Shown: one piece after another, positions 1-12,559 of the stretch
How positions within the stretch are numbered: the stretch's first letter is position 1
How the letters are laid out: each line of letters opens with the position of its first letter
From: Octopus sinensis
Lineage: Eukaryota
Direction of reading: 5' to 3'
Length of the DNA: 64,000 nucleotides
NCBI RefSeq assembly: GCF_006345805.1
Contig: NC_043003.1
Location: forward strand, 92,504,001 to 92,568,000
Made by a program: the position numbers and the translations under genes
Notes under the pieces: model-generated
Database searches by the model: none
The model's input: only the letters and a program-made list of their open reading frames with translations
Told to the model about the DNA's origin: nothing

Positions 1-75
1 TACATGCATACATACATACATACATACATACATACATACATACATACATACAAACATACATACATACATACATAT
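1..75. repeat. (TACA)n microsatellite
   Basis: Direct tandem TACA units. Confidence 0.95.
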
Positions 76-640
76 GAGTGTCGGTTGAAAAATTCGAATG
101 GTGACCAAGATATCCTCATGGAACATCACGAAATGCGGTTTATTTTCCATCATAGTCCCCCTTGCGGCCCACACACTTCTTGCAACGGTGTTGCAGTGCT
201 TGGATCCCATTGGTGAAGAAGCTCTCATTATGTTAGCCAAAAACGTCATCAACAACAGATATGACGTCATCACCACTGTGTCACTGCTTACCAGTTTAGT
301 GTTTTATCATATTAGGGAGCAGATGGTTGTCAGACGGGACCAAGTCACGAGAATAGGGAGCGTGAATTCTACTGTTACATACAACAACCATTGAAACCAA
401 GAATTTGTGTCCTGATGAAGCAAGACACCTTTCGACAGTTTTCCCGGGCTTTGGTCTTTCGTAACTGCCTCAGTTAGTCGGCACATCATTCTCCATTGAT
501 AATTTGGCCTTTTTGAAGACAGTCAGTAAACACATTGCCTTTTGCATTCCAAAAAACTGAGGCCATTACCTTCCTCGCAAATGAAACGACCTTGGCCTTC
601 TTCAGAGCAGATGAAAAGTGGTGTTTCCAACACTCATAAA
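73..640 (-). mobile_element. Mariner (Tc1/mariner) transposase C-terminal fragment with probable right TIR
   Basis: Minus-strand translations KAKVVSFARKVMASVFWNAKGNVFTDCLQKGQIINGE, PGKLSKGVLLHQD and DDDVISVVDDVF...NGIQALQHRCKKCVGRKGDY match the mariner catalytic domain. It is frameshifted and cut off by (CA)n at ~650. TIR-like TATGAGTGTCGGTTGAAAAATTC lies at ~73-97. Confidence 0.85.
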
Positions 641-650
641 TCACATTCAT

Positions 651-674
651 ACACACACGCACACGCACGCACAC

Positions 675-739
<65 letters not shown>

Positions 740-748
740 CACACACAC
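651..748. repeat. (CA)n microsatellite
   Basis: Direct. Confidence 0.95.
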
Positions 749-1090
749 TTGTATATGTATCTACGTATCCGTATATATATATGGTTTATAATAGACAGGG
801 AACTTAGAGCAAATTTTCCGATGCCATTACTTAAATTTGCATAATTAGTGAATTATTTTCACACAAAAAACTCTCGCCAGGTGTGAATATGCTTCTCTGA
901 GGACATCAATGAATAGGACTAAAGTACATCCAAGGTTGTTACACTTGTGATCACCCACAAACGCACACGCACGCACGCACGCACGCATACACAAACAAAC
1001 AAACACGAGAATATATATATATATATAGATATAATTGTACATATGTAGGTAAATAGACAGACTGGCAGACAGAAAGACAAATAGACAGAC

Positions 1091-1175
<85 letters not shown>
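1091..1175. repeat. (GATA)n microsatellite
   Basis: Direct. Confidence 0.95.
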
Positions 1176-1176
<1 letters not shown>

Positions 1177-1454
1177 GAAAATTTATAATCCAATTTGTGT
1201 CTCCATCAGGCACATCGGCACATTCCGGTTCTCCAAAGTATATTAGTAGATGTTATGATTTATATGAGAGTCGAAAATATTGGGTGATACGGTAAAATAC
1301 TAGGAAATATTTATTGCAGAATAATTATATATTAAAACAGAAAACTGGAATTTTGGGGACGATTTGATCCATATTACATAGGCTTCTTTACCAATATGTG
1401 TCACATCGGTATACATGTAGAAAATCACGTAAAACAACTTGTATTAGTAATTCG

Positions 1455-1489
<35 letters not shown>

Positions 1490-1662
1490 TTAAACGGTTT
1501 CATTCGGCTCCATGGGACTTAAAGTTTCCTAGGATTCTAAAAGAAACCCATCTCCTTCAAGCTCAGATTACCGAATCGGTAATCTGACCCTAAACGAGGT
1601 AAATTTCTGTTATAAGCCTGTGAAACTTTAAGCCACATGGAACCGAATGAAATTATTTTAGG

Positions 1663-1685
1663 TAATAATAATAATAATAATAATA

Positions 1686-1732
<47 letters not shown>

Positions 1733-1763
1733 AACGATGATGATGATGATGATGATGATGAAA

Positions 1764-1809
<46 letters not shown>

Positions 1810-1838
1810 TAATAATAATAATAATAATAATGATAATA
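1663..1838. repeat. Compound (AAT)n-(GAT)n-(AAT)n microsatellite
   Basis: Direct. Confidence 0.95.
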
Positions 1839-2069
1839 ATAAGGAAGACTGTTTGCAAAGCGATTACAGCCCTGTGGAATATAAACGAAATACAAAGCCA
1901 ATGGAATGTGTCGGGGTCTCTACCTTGATCTCACAGCCGTGTCAGCGTTTCACAGTTACAGTAACAGAATGAGGGAACGGAGACGGTTATAAAAAATTGT
2001 CCTTCGTCTGATGCTTCTTCACACAAAACTCAGTCAACTCTCTCTTTCTCTTTCTCTCTCTCTCACATA

Positions 2070-3826
2070 CTCTATTAAATACAGTTCATGGATTTACCAA
2101 AGAAATAGATATGAAATTTGGATTAGAAAAATGCGCAAAAGTAACCATGAAAAGAGGAAAACTAGTTAAGAGTAGTAACTTCACACTAGATAAAACCAAT
2201 GAAATAAAAGAATTAGACCAAAGCCAAACTTACAAATACTTAGGAATCTATGAACTAGATAAGACGCAACACACACAAATGAAAGAGAAAATAAAAAAAA
2301 GAATATTATAGACGAGTTAGATCAATACTAAAAACAGAGCTCAATGCTAAAAACAAGATAATAGGTATTAACACTTTAGCTGTCCCAGTTATAAGTTACA
2401 GCTACAATATCCTTAACTGGACACTAAATGAACTGACCAAAATAGACAGGAAAACAAGAAAAATAATGACAGGATCTAGGATGCATCACCCAAAATCTGA
2501 CATAGAAAGACTCTATATATACACGTATAGAAGGCGGTAGAGGCCTTATACAGCTGGAAAACTACTATAAAATAACCACCATAGGACTGCAAAAATATCT
2601 ACTTCAGAAGGAAGGAAAACTGATACAAATAGCAGCAAAACACAAGCAAAAAAAAAAACTTTTCTCAGTATTTAAGGAAGCTGACAAATACAAACAAGAA
2701 ATCATACCACCTAATAAGAAGAAGAAGAAGAAGAAGAGAAGAAGAAGAAGAAAGAAGAAGAAGAGAAGAAGAAAAAAGAAGAAGAAGAAGAGAAGAAGAG
2801 AAGAAGAAGAAGAAGAAGAAGAAGAAGAAGAAGAAGAAGAAGAAGAGAAAGAAGAAGAAGAAGAAGAAGAAACAACAAAAGCTATAAAACAAATGAAATC
2901 CAAACTAAAAATAGAATAGCGACAAACCATGATAAAACGATGGCAAGAAAAGCCCCTTCATGGTAAATACTGGACTAAACTAAACGCAAAAGAAATAGAC
3001 AAAGAAAAATCCCAGCAATGGTTGAGAAGCTCAGGACTCAAAGCAGAGACAGAGGGATTTTTAATTGCAGCACAAGACCAAAGTCTCCCCACCAGAAATT
3101 ACCAAAACACATGTAATGAAAAGAAATATAACAAGTAACTGCAGAATATGTGGAGATGGACAAGAAACAATAAATCATATTATCTCTGGCTGCCCAGTCC
3201 TGGCTAAGAAGGAATATATTCACAGACATGACAGAGTTGGAACCTACATACACTGGAAGCTATGCCAACATTATGGAATAACAACAGAAAAAAGATGGTA
3301 TAGGCACACACCAGAAAAGGTCACAGAAAACGAGAAAGCAACAATACTCTGGGATATGCCGATACATACAGATAGAGAAATTAAGGCCAACAGACCAGAT
3401 ATAGTTGTCAGAGATCATGAAGAAAAAAATGCTTTCTAATTGATGTATCAATACCGGCAGATGACAACGTGTCTCTAAAAGAAATGGAGAAATTTCAAAA
3501 TACAAAGACCTGGAAATAGAGGTAACCAGAATGTGGAATCTAAAAACAGAAACAATTCCTATCATAGTAGGTGTATTAGGCATGATAAAAAAATATTCAG
3601 ACAAATACATAACAAAAACACCAGGACTTACAAATACATATAACATACAGAAAATTGCACTACTAGGCACTGCACACATCCTACGCAGAACACTTTCCAT
3701 ACAATAACCATCAGAGCATCACAACAAATCACAGCACATACCTAAGGCACACACAGCTGCGCTCGGTAGTGAAGTGAAAGCACGCTATAAAAATAAAACT
3801 ACTGAATAATAATAATAATAATAATA

Positions 3827-3884
<58 letters not shown>
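2070..3884 (+). mobile_element. 5'-truncated R4/Dong-clade non-LTR retrotransposon (RT end, CCHC knuckle, restriction-like endonuclease) with (AAT)n tail
   Basis: MKFGLEKCAK...YKYLGI; HPKSDIERLY...GGRGL; WQEKPLHGKY...LKAETEGFLIAAQDQ; CRICGDGQETINHIISGC; RPDIVV...LIDVSIP...KYKDL; LLGTAHILRRTLSIQ-stop near 3713. A short 3'UTR follows, then (AAT)n at 3806-3884. Several frameshifts. Confidence 0.9.
2718..2871. repeat. (GAA)n-rich tract inside the R4/Dong ORF
   Basis: Direct; LINE coding sequence continues on both sides. Confidence 0.9.
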
Positions 3885-3886
<2 letters not shown>

Positions 3887-4365
3887 TATCTCTAGGAGGG
3901 ATAGAATTACCGTACAGAGACTTGATTAAGCAAATTGAAACGGAAGGATACAAATGCTTTGGTGTACTAGAGTTCAACGAGATAATGGAAGAGGAAATGA
4001 AAGAGCAACTGAGGATGGAGTATTTCCGAAGACTAAGGTTGGTGCTGCGCTTAAAATTGACTGGATGGAATAAAATCCAAGCAGTTCATACGTGGGCGAT
4101 AGCATCACTTCGACATGGAGCGGGAATTATCAAAAGGCAAAAGAGAGAAATGAAGAAAATGGATACCAAGACCAGAAAAATGTTGACAGTGCACGGAGAA
4201 TTCCACCCCAGGAGTGAAGACCGATAGGCTGTACTTGTTCAGAAAAAATGTTGCCAGAACTGTATCGAAACTGAGGAAAACAGCCTAGGATGGTATATAA
4301 AAAATGCCGTGGAGCCACTGTTGAAATACACGAAGGCCGGCGTCATCAAAACTGGAAATAATGTA
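3885..4365 (+). mobile_element. Second, divergent R4/Dong-like RT fragment
   Basis: GYKCFGVLE...EYFRRLRLVLRLKLTGWNKIQAVHTWA...MDTKTRKMLTVHGEFHPRSED is paralogous to the 2200-2520 region of the previous element but clearly different in sequence. Confidence 0.75.
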
Positions 4366-4429
4366 ACTCCTACTAAATGTGATGAGAGCCTTTTTCTTTC
4401 GTTTGTCTACTCACTCGCATGTGTGTGTG

Positions 4430-4474
<45 letters not shown>

Positions 4475-4529
4475 TGCGCGCGCGTGTATGTATGTATGTA
4501 TGTGTGTTTGTGTATATATGAATGTCCGA

Positions 4530-6870
4530 CAATCACCCTCCTCACCAAGCAAGCCTGGTGGGGTTGCCAGTTTAGTCACCGACGACCCGACCATGCTACA
4601 GTACAATAGTTGTACTGGATTAAATGGTACCAACAGCACTCAAAAGCGACCTGATATAATGCACTTCTTTCTCAGTCCTTAAATGACAGGGCAAAAGGAG
4701 CGCAAGAAGCAGCTGAGAGAAATGATGCCAAGAATTTTGTACTCTTATGTTAAGGAGATATATGGCCCAAAATCCGCAATAGCTCTAGTGAGAACAGCAA
4801 ATGGACATACTTTTGACTGACACCTTCTATTCATAAGCGCTAGGTAGAACATTTTTCTGCCCTTTTGAATAGATCATCATCCGTTAACATGACGATGATA
4901 GAAAAAAATCGAACACCTTCCAATTATAGATGAGATGGTATTTGAACCAACTCTAAATGACATTAATTTAGCTGTGAATAAGCTGAATAACAATAGGGTT
5001 TCAGGGTCTGATGAAATCTGTACAGAGGTTTTGAAATATTCGGTGACAAAAAGTTTTAACTCCTAAATATATTAATTCGTCACTGTTGGAGAACTGAGAA
5101 AGTGCATCAAGACTGTATTGATGCCATTTTAGTTTCTTTGTATAAATCGGGGCCAATGGAGTGTGTCTGTATTTTCGTGGGTGTTGCTTGTTGTAGAAAT
5201 TACTTGTTCATGCTTGTGTATTAATACCTCATCATAGTCAGTAAGTGTCTGAGTCTCAATGTGGTTTTCGCTCCTCCGGGGGCACAGTTAATTGTATCTT
5301 TACTATCAGACAATTTCAAGAAAGGCATTCGATACTGTTAATCGAAATGCTCTGTGACTAATTCTAAGGAAAATAGGTTGCCCAGAAAAATTTGCAAACA
5401 TGATCAGGGCTTTGCATAAAGATATGAAGGCTAGAGTTAATTTTGGTGGCAGGCTTTCTGAATCTTTTGCCCTGGAAAATAGAGTAAAGGAAGGAGACCT
5501 TGATGCACCCACCCTCTTCGCAATATACTTTACTGTTGTGCAGTCACGCGCTTTTCAAAACTCAAAGGAGGATATTTATAGAAAATATCGAACAACAGGG
5601 AATATTTTCAATCTGATCAGACTGAAATTCAAAACAAAGTTTTTTCCTTTTTTTTTTACTTTACTCATTAGGGAACTCTTATACGCTGGCGATTGCGATC
5701 TAGTCAGTCACTCTGAAACAGGCCTGCAATCTCTTGTACCTGCATTTGACTCAGCTTGTGATGATTTTGGCTAGACCATCAATTTGAAAAAAAAACAACT
5801 TAGCTGTAATGTATCAACCTGTTAGTGGTGCTGTTTGCAACCCGCTAAAATTTTCGTTAAGGGTAAGTTACTTGAGATTGTTCACTTTTTTATCTACCTC
5901 GGAACCTCTGTACAAAATGATGGAAATCTGGACACAGAAATACATCTGCGAATTCAAATGGCAGCCCAAGCATCTGATGGCTTCGAGTCACGCGTTTGGC
6001 GCCAACGACATATGAATAACAATACAAAATTGGCTCTTTACAAATCGTTTGTCTTACCATCCCTGTTGTATCTTCTAAAACATGGACGTAATATGAAAAA
6101 CATTTCAAATTGTTAGAACGATTCCACCAAGAATGCCTTTGCCGCATTTTAAACATTAAATGGGGTTTTGTTTTTTTACTCCAGACACAGATGACTTTGA
6201 GTCTGCAGGCATCACTTCAATTAAATCAATGATTCTGAAAAGTCAAATGATATCGTCTGGTCATATAGTTCGAATGGCGGATAAACGCACACCCAAACAG
6301 CTGTTTTATGGAGAGCTTGCTGAAGGGAAACTTAATCGGTGTAAACCTAAAAAGAGGTTTAAGGATAGCATAAGGACTAACACGAAATCACTTGGAATGG
6401 TCCCAAGAGCCATAGAAACCCTTATTCCGGATCGAGTTAGATGGCGAACGAAAGCGTGGAGAGGAGTGAAAGCTTTCGAGGAGGCCAGGATGACATATGC
6501 AAGACTCAAGAGAGATTTAAAGAAGAATGTTGCGATCAGCGAGAAGGTGAATCTCAGCTACTTTTTTCTATGTATAATTTGTGACTAATTTTATTTTGCT
6601 GGGCTAAAATCTCATTTGTGAACCCATGAAAAACGAACCTCCACCAACTATTCTGCCTATATGTCTGTGCACACATTTCAATGCCGTGTATACGATAAGG
6701 TTGCAACTCTAACGGAGGCCTCAAAAGACATTTTAAAATACACAAAGATCAGAACTTAACTGCAGCTCATGGTAGTCCAAATCAGATATGCAATCTATGT
6801 GGGTGTCTTTTCAATACATTGTCTGGTTTAAAAAGCCACATCAGACGCCATGATGGATCTGAGGTGTAGG
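4530..6870 (+). mobile_element. Decayed RTE-clade LINE (RT plus C-terminal zinc-finger-like region)
   Basis: KEIYGPK; GCPEKFANMIRALHKDMKARV...VKEGDLDAPTLFAIYF...RELLYAGDCDL; FIYLGT...RIQMAAQA; RMADKRTPKQLFYGELAEGK...KPKKRFKD; terminal CNLCGCLFNTLSGLKSHIRRH. Many stops and deletions. Confidence 0.85.
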
Positions 6871-6923
6871 TACTAGAGATCAGACTCTGCATAAAAAGTA
6901 GACAATCACCATGTATGCATGTA

Positions 6924-7002
<79 letters not shown>

Positions 7003-7004
<2 letters not shown>

Positions 7005-7290
7005 CCGCTCGAGCGTCTACTGCCGAACTTTGGGATTGAAAGCTATACCAACCAGAGAACTGGATACCACTGCATGGTCCCAAAGTTCCCACCCTTTTCA
7101 TCTGTATTAAGTACTCATTTCTCCAACAGCTTAGTTTTCAGTGGTTGGCAGCTTTTTAATACATTGCCAAAACAACTTCAGAGATCTGCAAGGCGTAGAG
7201 GTGGTTGTTTTAAGTACACACTTAGACAAGTTTTTTTTAATGTTAGATATCAGATGAACCCACATTACATCAACAGATGCAAATGAAGGT
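7003..7290 (+). mobile_element. CR1/L2-type LINE 3' fragment
   Basis: NSLVFSGWQLFNTLPKQL followed in a shifted frame by LQGVEVVVFKYTLDK...DEP resembles the terminal motif LFN.LP...FK..LD.FL..VPDEP. Flanked by (TG)n and (TACA)/(TA)n. Confidence 0.55.
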
Positions 7291-7398
7291 ATGTATAGGT
7301 TTCTGTGCATACACACACACATACATACATAGACAGATGCATACAAACATAGATGCATACATACATACATACATACATACATACATACAGTACATATA

Positions 7399-7471
<73 letters not shown>

Positions 7472-7947
7472 ATATATACATGCGCAACAGACAGACATGC
7501 ATATAAATATTGTGTATATATTTGAAATAAATTGACCGGATTCTCGTAGTTAGAATGACATTGTGTTATTTCCTTTACGGTAGACTAGTGGAGCGCGATT
7601 AATACTTTAAGAAGTAAAAGAGGAACGTGTATATTTGTAATGGGGATCATAGTTGAACTGAGAGGGGAAAATGAAATAGAAAACTGAATTAACTCATAAC
7701 TTCCTGTAAGACATAATACCAAAGAGACTGCAACAATCCGCCACTCCTAAAACGCAGGATATCACAAGAATTGCACTAACTTTGTTTACATGTATTTTGA
7801 AGCATGTGAGAAACTCTCAGAGGTAATGAAAAGACTCTAATAATTTCTATCATTCATTTCTGTAATAGAATCATTACAGGACAGATTTTTATTTCGAAAT
7901 TTTTTAACAGAACGCTAAGAGTTAAATAAAGATTATATGATATACTT

Positions 7948-9799
7948 GATGTCCTGTCAATTCGTCGACGTCGACGGCAATTTGCCGTCGTTTAATTTGT
8001 CCCCAGTCAATTCGTCGTTAGTCAATTCGTCCCCAGGTCAATTCATCGTCAGTTACTTCGTCGAGATCATAGAAAAAAATGGAAGAACGAATATCTGAAC
8101 TAAAACACGTTTATTTTAAGGTTTGTTGTATTACATATTTATTTTTTCTTAAAATTTAAAATTATGTGCAATTGTTTTTAGAAAGATAATTTTTTGGCTT
8201 GGATCATAGCTTTCCATGACAATTTTTATACGCAGGTTCATATCTCTGTTTTTTTTTCTTTTCTTTATTTTGGCTTGGTTCTTCTCCTTACGTAAACTTC
8301 TTCAATTTGGTACTGGCAAATCTTCCCTCACATTTAATCGCATTAATAAGCTTCCAAATATTTGGATTACTAATATTTACTGTGTTTTTTAGCGCGCTGT
8401 GGTAGGCTCCTAAACCATTTGTAGTACGAACAATTCCCGTTATACATCGATCCCAAACATTCCATTGAAATAATGGAAATGGAGGTTCAAGACTTCGCCT
8501 CCGCCGTCCTCTTCTTCTAGGTGGTCCTGTATGATTATTTTCAAAATAGGATACAATTGACTGTGGAATATCATCATCATCTACAAGTTGTTCATATCCA
8601 TCTACAACATCATCAACCGGCAGGAAGGCAAGGGCAACAAAAAACCGCATTTTAAGACTAAAACTGTCATGCTTTTACACATTTTGTCCTAAATGAAACA
8701 AGCAGCATGCCAAATTCAACCCAGGAAACGATTCCAGAAGTCCGTCATGGGCTAATTTTTCGAAATCAATAATTATATTATCAGATCCCTCATTCTGCTG
8801 TAATTCATTTATTTTGGTAAAAGGTCTACTATATGTGTCTTGACTTTGGTGAGAGAAGAATGCGAACAATCGTGAGGCAGTAAAATTGTCAATTTGAATG
8901 TGAAGTATATATAACTGAAAAAATATACTTGAGCAGCGCTTAAATGTTCCATCTGCCGCCTATTTCTTGTGCTGTTTTAACTGTTAAAGTGTTTCGTCAC
9001 TTACAAATATTAGTATTCGTTTTGAATATTCCATCCCGCTGCCATACTGTAAAACTATTTCATCATTGTCAAGTTAGGAATATTCACCTGGAATGGAAAA
9101 CCCAACATTTGTAAGTGGGGTGGCAAGATAGGTGGAATCAGTTTGCCTCCAACGTCTAATATTCCTATTAAGCTGTGCAAACGGAGGTATTTGCGACAAT
9201 GTACAGTCGTTTAAATTCTGAACTTCACTGCAATAATTGAGCGAGGGGCATCACGAGATGAAATAGACTTTACTTTGATATTTGAAACTATTATCCTTGC
9301 ATTTACCTCTGCAGCAGTTGAAGCATGATTATGGATCCCTATCTTCTTAAGCTATGTATAATTTTCATCTGTATGAAGTCTTGCCTTGTACACACGATTT
9401 TCGTAGCTCCAGTATATCTTCAATCCATCTGCATCCTGCTTATTTTTTTATTTTTTTCTTTTCTCTGAAGTTATGATCTTGCAGCTAGTCATGCTGATGG
9501 GTACTGAATAAATTTAATCAGATTTGCTTGAAAATCTTTGTTCGTAAACTGTTCAGCGCAGATACTTAAGGGAGAGAGAGTTGGGGGTTAAAGAAAGAAA
9601 AAAATATCTAAAACTGCGCAACGACAATTTTAATTTTAAAGGGATTGTTCCCAACTTTCCCTCGAAAATCACATTTAAGAGCATTTGGGGACGAATTGGT
9701 CAGCGACGAATTGACCTGGGGAACAATTGATCAACGACGAATTGACCGGGGACAAATTAACCGACGACGAAATAACCGGGGAAGAATTGTCCGAGCACC
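7948..9799 (-). mobile_element. Mutator-like (MULE) DNA transposon with FLYWCH plus MULE transposase remnants, ~120-bp TIRs and 9-bp TSD
   Basis: Inverted termini at 7948-8065 and 9683-9799 are built of GGTCAATTCGTC-like units. Flanks are GATATACTT (7939-7947) and GATAAACTT (9800-9808). Minus strand: KIYWSYENRVYKARLHT...GIHNH (FLYWCH-like, start ~9492), IIIDFEKLAHDGLLESFPGLNLACCLFHLGQ and RTTNGLGAYHSAL (MULE domain). Confidence 0.9.
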
Positions 9800-9923
9800 G
9801 ATAAACTTCACTCCATTACACTTAAATTTACTTTACCAACGAAAACAATAAAATAAAACAAAATATAAAATTGACTCCCGACGAAGTGATTCTCTCCCTT
9901 TCAATAGAAACGACAGTTTAGAA

Positions 9924-10134
9924 CAGTGTTTTTCAAACTTTTTTGTCGCGTCCCATGTTATCTATCTCGCGACCCACTGAAGAGTCAGGACCCACAGTTT
10001 GAAAAACGCTGGTTTATATTCTGCACTTTGCAGCCATTTGCGTTTTTTTTTTCTTTCCTTCTTTTTTGTCGTGACCCATTCTATTTATCTCACGATCCAC
10101 TGAAGGGTCGGGACCCACAGTCTGAAAAACGCTG
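9924..10134. mobile_element. hAT-like MITE with internal tandem duplication
   Basis: Termini CAGTGTTTTTCAAACT and AGTCTGAAAAACGCTG; 8-bp flanks GTTTAGAA and GCTTAGAA. An extra right-TIR copy ends at 10011. Confidence 0.7.
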
Positions 10135-10457
10135 GCTTAGAATATATATGTACATACAGTATTCAAAATAATAATTTTATGCAATCTTACGATGAGTGTC
10201 GCTCAACGAATTAACCACCAAGTACAATGCATTATTTCGATCAACGTTGGGTGTTCTTTTACACACACACACAACACACACACACACACACACCACACAC
10301 ACACATATATATATTCATATATATTCATATATAAATATATGTGTGCATGCAGTTCACAACTAATTCTTTATACCAAATTCTGAAACCTCTAAAGTCCAAA
10401 ATTGTATTCAAGTGATAGAAAAACAACAAAGGAAATATTCCTGAAAGGAATAACAAA

Positions 10458-10690
10458 GGCGGCGAACTGGCAGAAACGTTAGCACGCCGGGCGAAATGCG
10501 TAAGCGTATTTCGTCTGCCGTTACGTTCTGAGTTCAAATTCCGCCGAAGTCGACTTTGCCTTTCATCCTTTCGGGGTCGATAAATTAAGTACCAGTTACG
10601 CACTGGGGTCGATATAATCGACTAAATCACTTTGTCTGTCCTTGTTTGTCCTCTCTGTGTTTAGCCCCTTGTGGGTAGTAAAGAAATAGG
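10458..10690 (+). mobile_element. SINE family A (tRNA-derived; GGCGGCGAACTGGCAGAAACGTTAG...GAGTTCAAATTCC head)
   Basis: A/B-box-like head and a conserved body GTCGACTTTGCCTTTCATCCTTTCGGGGTCGATAAATTAAGTACCAG, seen in more than 15 places in the window. Confidence 0.85.
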
Positions 10691-11049
10691 AAACATTCCT
10701 GAAAGCGCTCGGAAATGGTTATTTTTAAAAAACAAAGTAGGTTGCTGTCGGTGAACATAACAATGGTATTTGGTGATCAACGTTTACAGATAAAAGGTTA
10801 ACCACATAAAGTGTATAAATTAAATCGCTATTAATAAATTGACTAATGGTCATAGATTGGCAGAATCATTACCGCGTCAAGCAAAATGCTTTCGGCATTT
10901 CTTTAGGTTCCTTACGTTCTAAGTTCAATTTCAGTCGATACCAGTCAAGTAACGAGGCTAATGTAATTGACAAGAAACCTCCCACCTAAGATTTTAAACC
11001 TTGTGACAAAATTAGAAAGAATTATCAAGATATTGACTAAGGGAGATAG

Positions 11050-11760
11050 ACTAGCAGAATAAACAACAAAGGGACTATTAATATGAATATATGACAAATT
11101 AAAAACAAGATAATGCAAAAACGGGACAAGGTTGCATATTTATTAAGATTTGCTTGAACAGATGGCTGTGCCTCGTGAAATATGTTCACGTTCTACTGAG
11201 CCAATATAAATAATAGTTTCTTACATAATCACATTTTTGGCGGGTCGAAGGAAGTAGTTGATTGTATCGGCACCAGTACTTAGTGCTTTATTTGGTAGGC
11301 CCTGTCAGATTCACAGGTGATGTCAAATTTAGTATGATTTGAACTCGGTATGTAGAAAGAATTGAAACAAATATCACAAAACATTGTTATATTTGTTTCG
11401 ACATTACAATTCAATCAAGCAGGACCAGCAAAATAAAGTACCAATCAAGTGCTGGTGTCGATACAATCTACTGCTTCCTCTTCCCCTCACAAAACACCTG
11501 ACCTTGTGGTAATGTAAGAAATTTTTATTTATAGATTGGTTCAGTAGAACGAGATACTGTCATCTTTTCAAGCAAATCTTAATTAATATGCGACCTTGTC
11601 CCGTTTTGTAATATCTTGTTTTTAATTTATTGTATATTCTTATAGTTAGTTCTTTTTGTTGTTTCTCGGGACTGAAATATAGGTATATTTTCAGTCCCCA
11701 ATAACAGTCAGATACAACAAGAAAGAAGCAATTTGGAACTATAGAATATTGTAAATTATA
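11050..11760. repeat. Inverted pair of a SINE-A-plus-unique-tail repeat (third copy 14620-14965)
   Basis: 11050-11350 is the reverse complement of 11420-11700; 11550-11624 is identical to 14761-14835. Confidence 0.75.
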
Positions 11761-11839
11761 CTTTGTGTAATACTCTCTCACTTTTTCTCTTGTTCTCTTT
11801 TTCTCTTTCACACACACATACACACACACACACACACAC

Positions 11840-11914
<75 letters not shown>

Positions 11915-11924
11915 ACATGCAATC

Positions 11925-12004
<80 letters not shown>

Positions 12005-12139
12005 ACAGACAGACAGACACAGGCATATATATTTATATATCTTTTATCCTTTATTTGTTTCAGTCATTAGACAGGCCATGCTGGAAAACCGCCTTCAACA
12101 ATTTTAGTCAAATGAATCGATCCCTGTACTTATTACTTT

Positions 12140-12340
12140 CGCCTTAGCGAAGGCGGAGGTATTGTTTTCAGTCGTGTTTGTTTGTTTGTGTGTCCGTGGA
12201 CAAGATATCTCAAGCACCGCTTGATGGATTCGGATGAAGCATTGAGGAACATTTGGCCTCGTGACTGGCATGAACTGATTAGATTTGGGGATCGATCCGG
12301 TACAGAAGAAGGATTCTAGATTATTTGTTATATTTACTTT
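12140..12340 (+). mobile_element. Possible Helentron-associated (HINE/DINE-1-like) element fragment
   Basis: Starts ATTACTTTCGCCTTAGCGAAGGCGGAGGT (short hairpin), then GTTT/GTCT microsatellite and ATATCTC...GATGGATT, the HINE-type layout. By-eye similarity only. Confidence 0.45.
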
Positions 12341-12559
12341 ACTTTAAATGAAGTATAACAATCTTACGTTCACTTTCAATGCTTTCTCTGATTATCTCCC
12401 TTGAAAAGCACGCTCATGGTTTCCGCGTAAGTTATGGCGGCGTTGCTGCTTCCAAAGTTTTACTTTTGTTTCTCTATTATTAATTTTACTCCCGTCTCTA
12501 TCTTAGATGGATAAAGAAATCAAACTACATAAACAAACGGCAGCAAAACCGTTCAGAAA

